Assembly (NCBI GenBank): GCA_013239625.1
Contig: MU053629.1
Span: 1,391,567-1,455,566 of the forward strand
Length of the DNA stretch: 64,000 bases
Direction of reading: 5' to 3'
Source of the DNA: Lama guanicoe
Lineage: Eukaryota
Part shown: positions 63,638 to 64,000 of the stretch, piece by piece
Layout of the letters: the number at the start of each line of letters is the position of its first letter
Position numbering within the stretch: the stretch's first letter is position 1
Translations under genes and position numbers: made by a program
The notes under the pieces: generated by a model
Told to the model about the DNA's origin: nothing
Databases searched by the model: none
Seen by the model: the letters and a program-made list of their open reading frames with translations, nothing else

Positions 63638-63823
<186 letters not shown>

Positions 63824-64000
63824 CTACGAACAGAACCAATAAGAAAAAAATTTGAAGAAGAGGGTATACTAAGAAAGACATCAGTCACTTTGGGTTATTA
63901 ATACAGCAGTATTCTTTAAATAAACTTCACTCACAACTCAGGATCTTCAAGGCCAGTTATGTCCTATCCACCCATGTGGCCCTCCTGCTCCCCCAAGTCT

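Overview
Mammalian genomic DNA, not prokaryotic. The young L1 3' ends look camelid-like, which is an inference. The window holds the USP3 -> FBXL22 -> <- HERC1 locus, recalled as syntenic with human 15q22. It contains the last 8 coding exons of the deubiquitinase USP3 (+, 703-30884), the complete two-exon F-box/LRR gene FBXL22 (+, 36773-40448, 226 aa), and the last 13 coding exons of the HECT E3 ligase HERC1 (-, 63823-46677, 723 aa covering the RCC1-like repeats and the HECT domain). Introns carry many L1, LTR, DNA-transposon, MIR and L2 relics. Most ORFs in the supplied track are L1 fragments or noise. I found no new multi-gene system. The most notable observations are: (1) a USP3 exon (9350-~9455) has no splice donor at the expected position, alongside several unusual amino-acid changes, so this USP3 copy may be damaged or mis-assembled; (2) a GC-AG intron in HERC1; (3) a compact muscle-type promoter module upstream of FBXL22; (4) an intragenic CpG island over FBXL22 exon 2; (5) several CTCF-like motifs, one apparently arisen inside an old L1. 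Exon numbers and human comparisons are from memory and need confirming by alignment.
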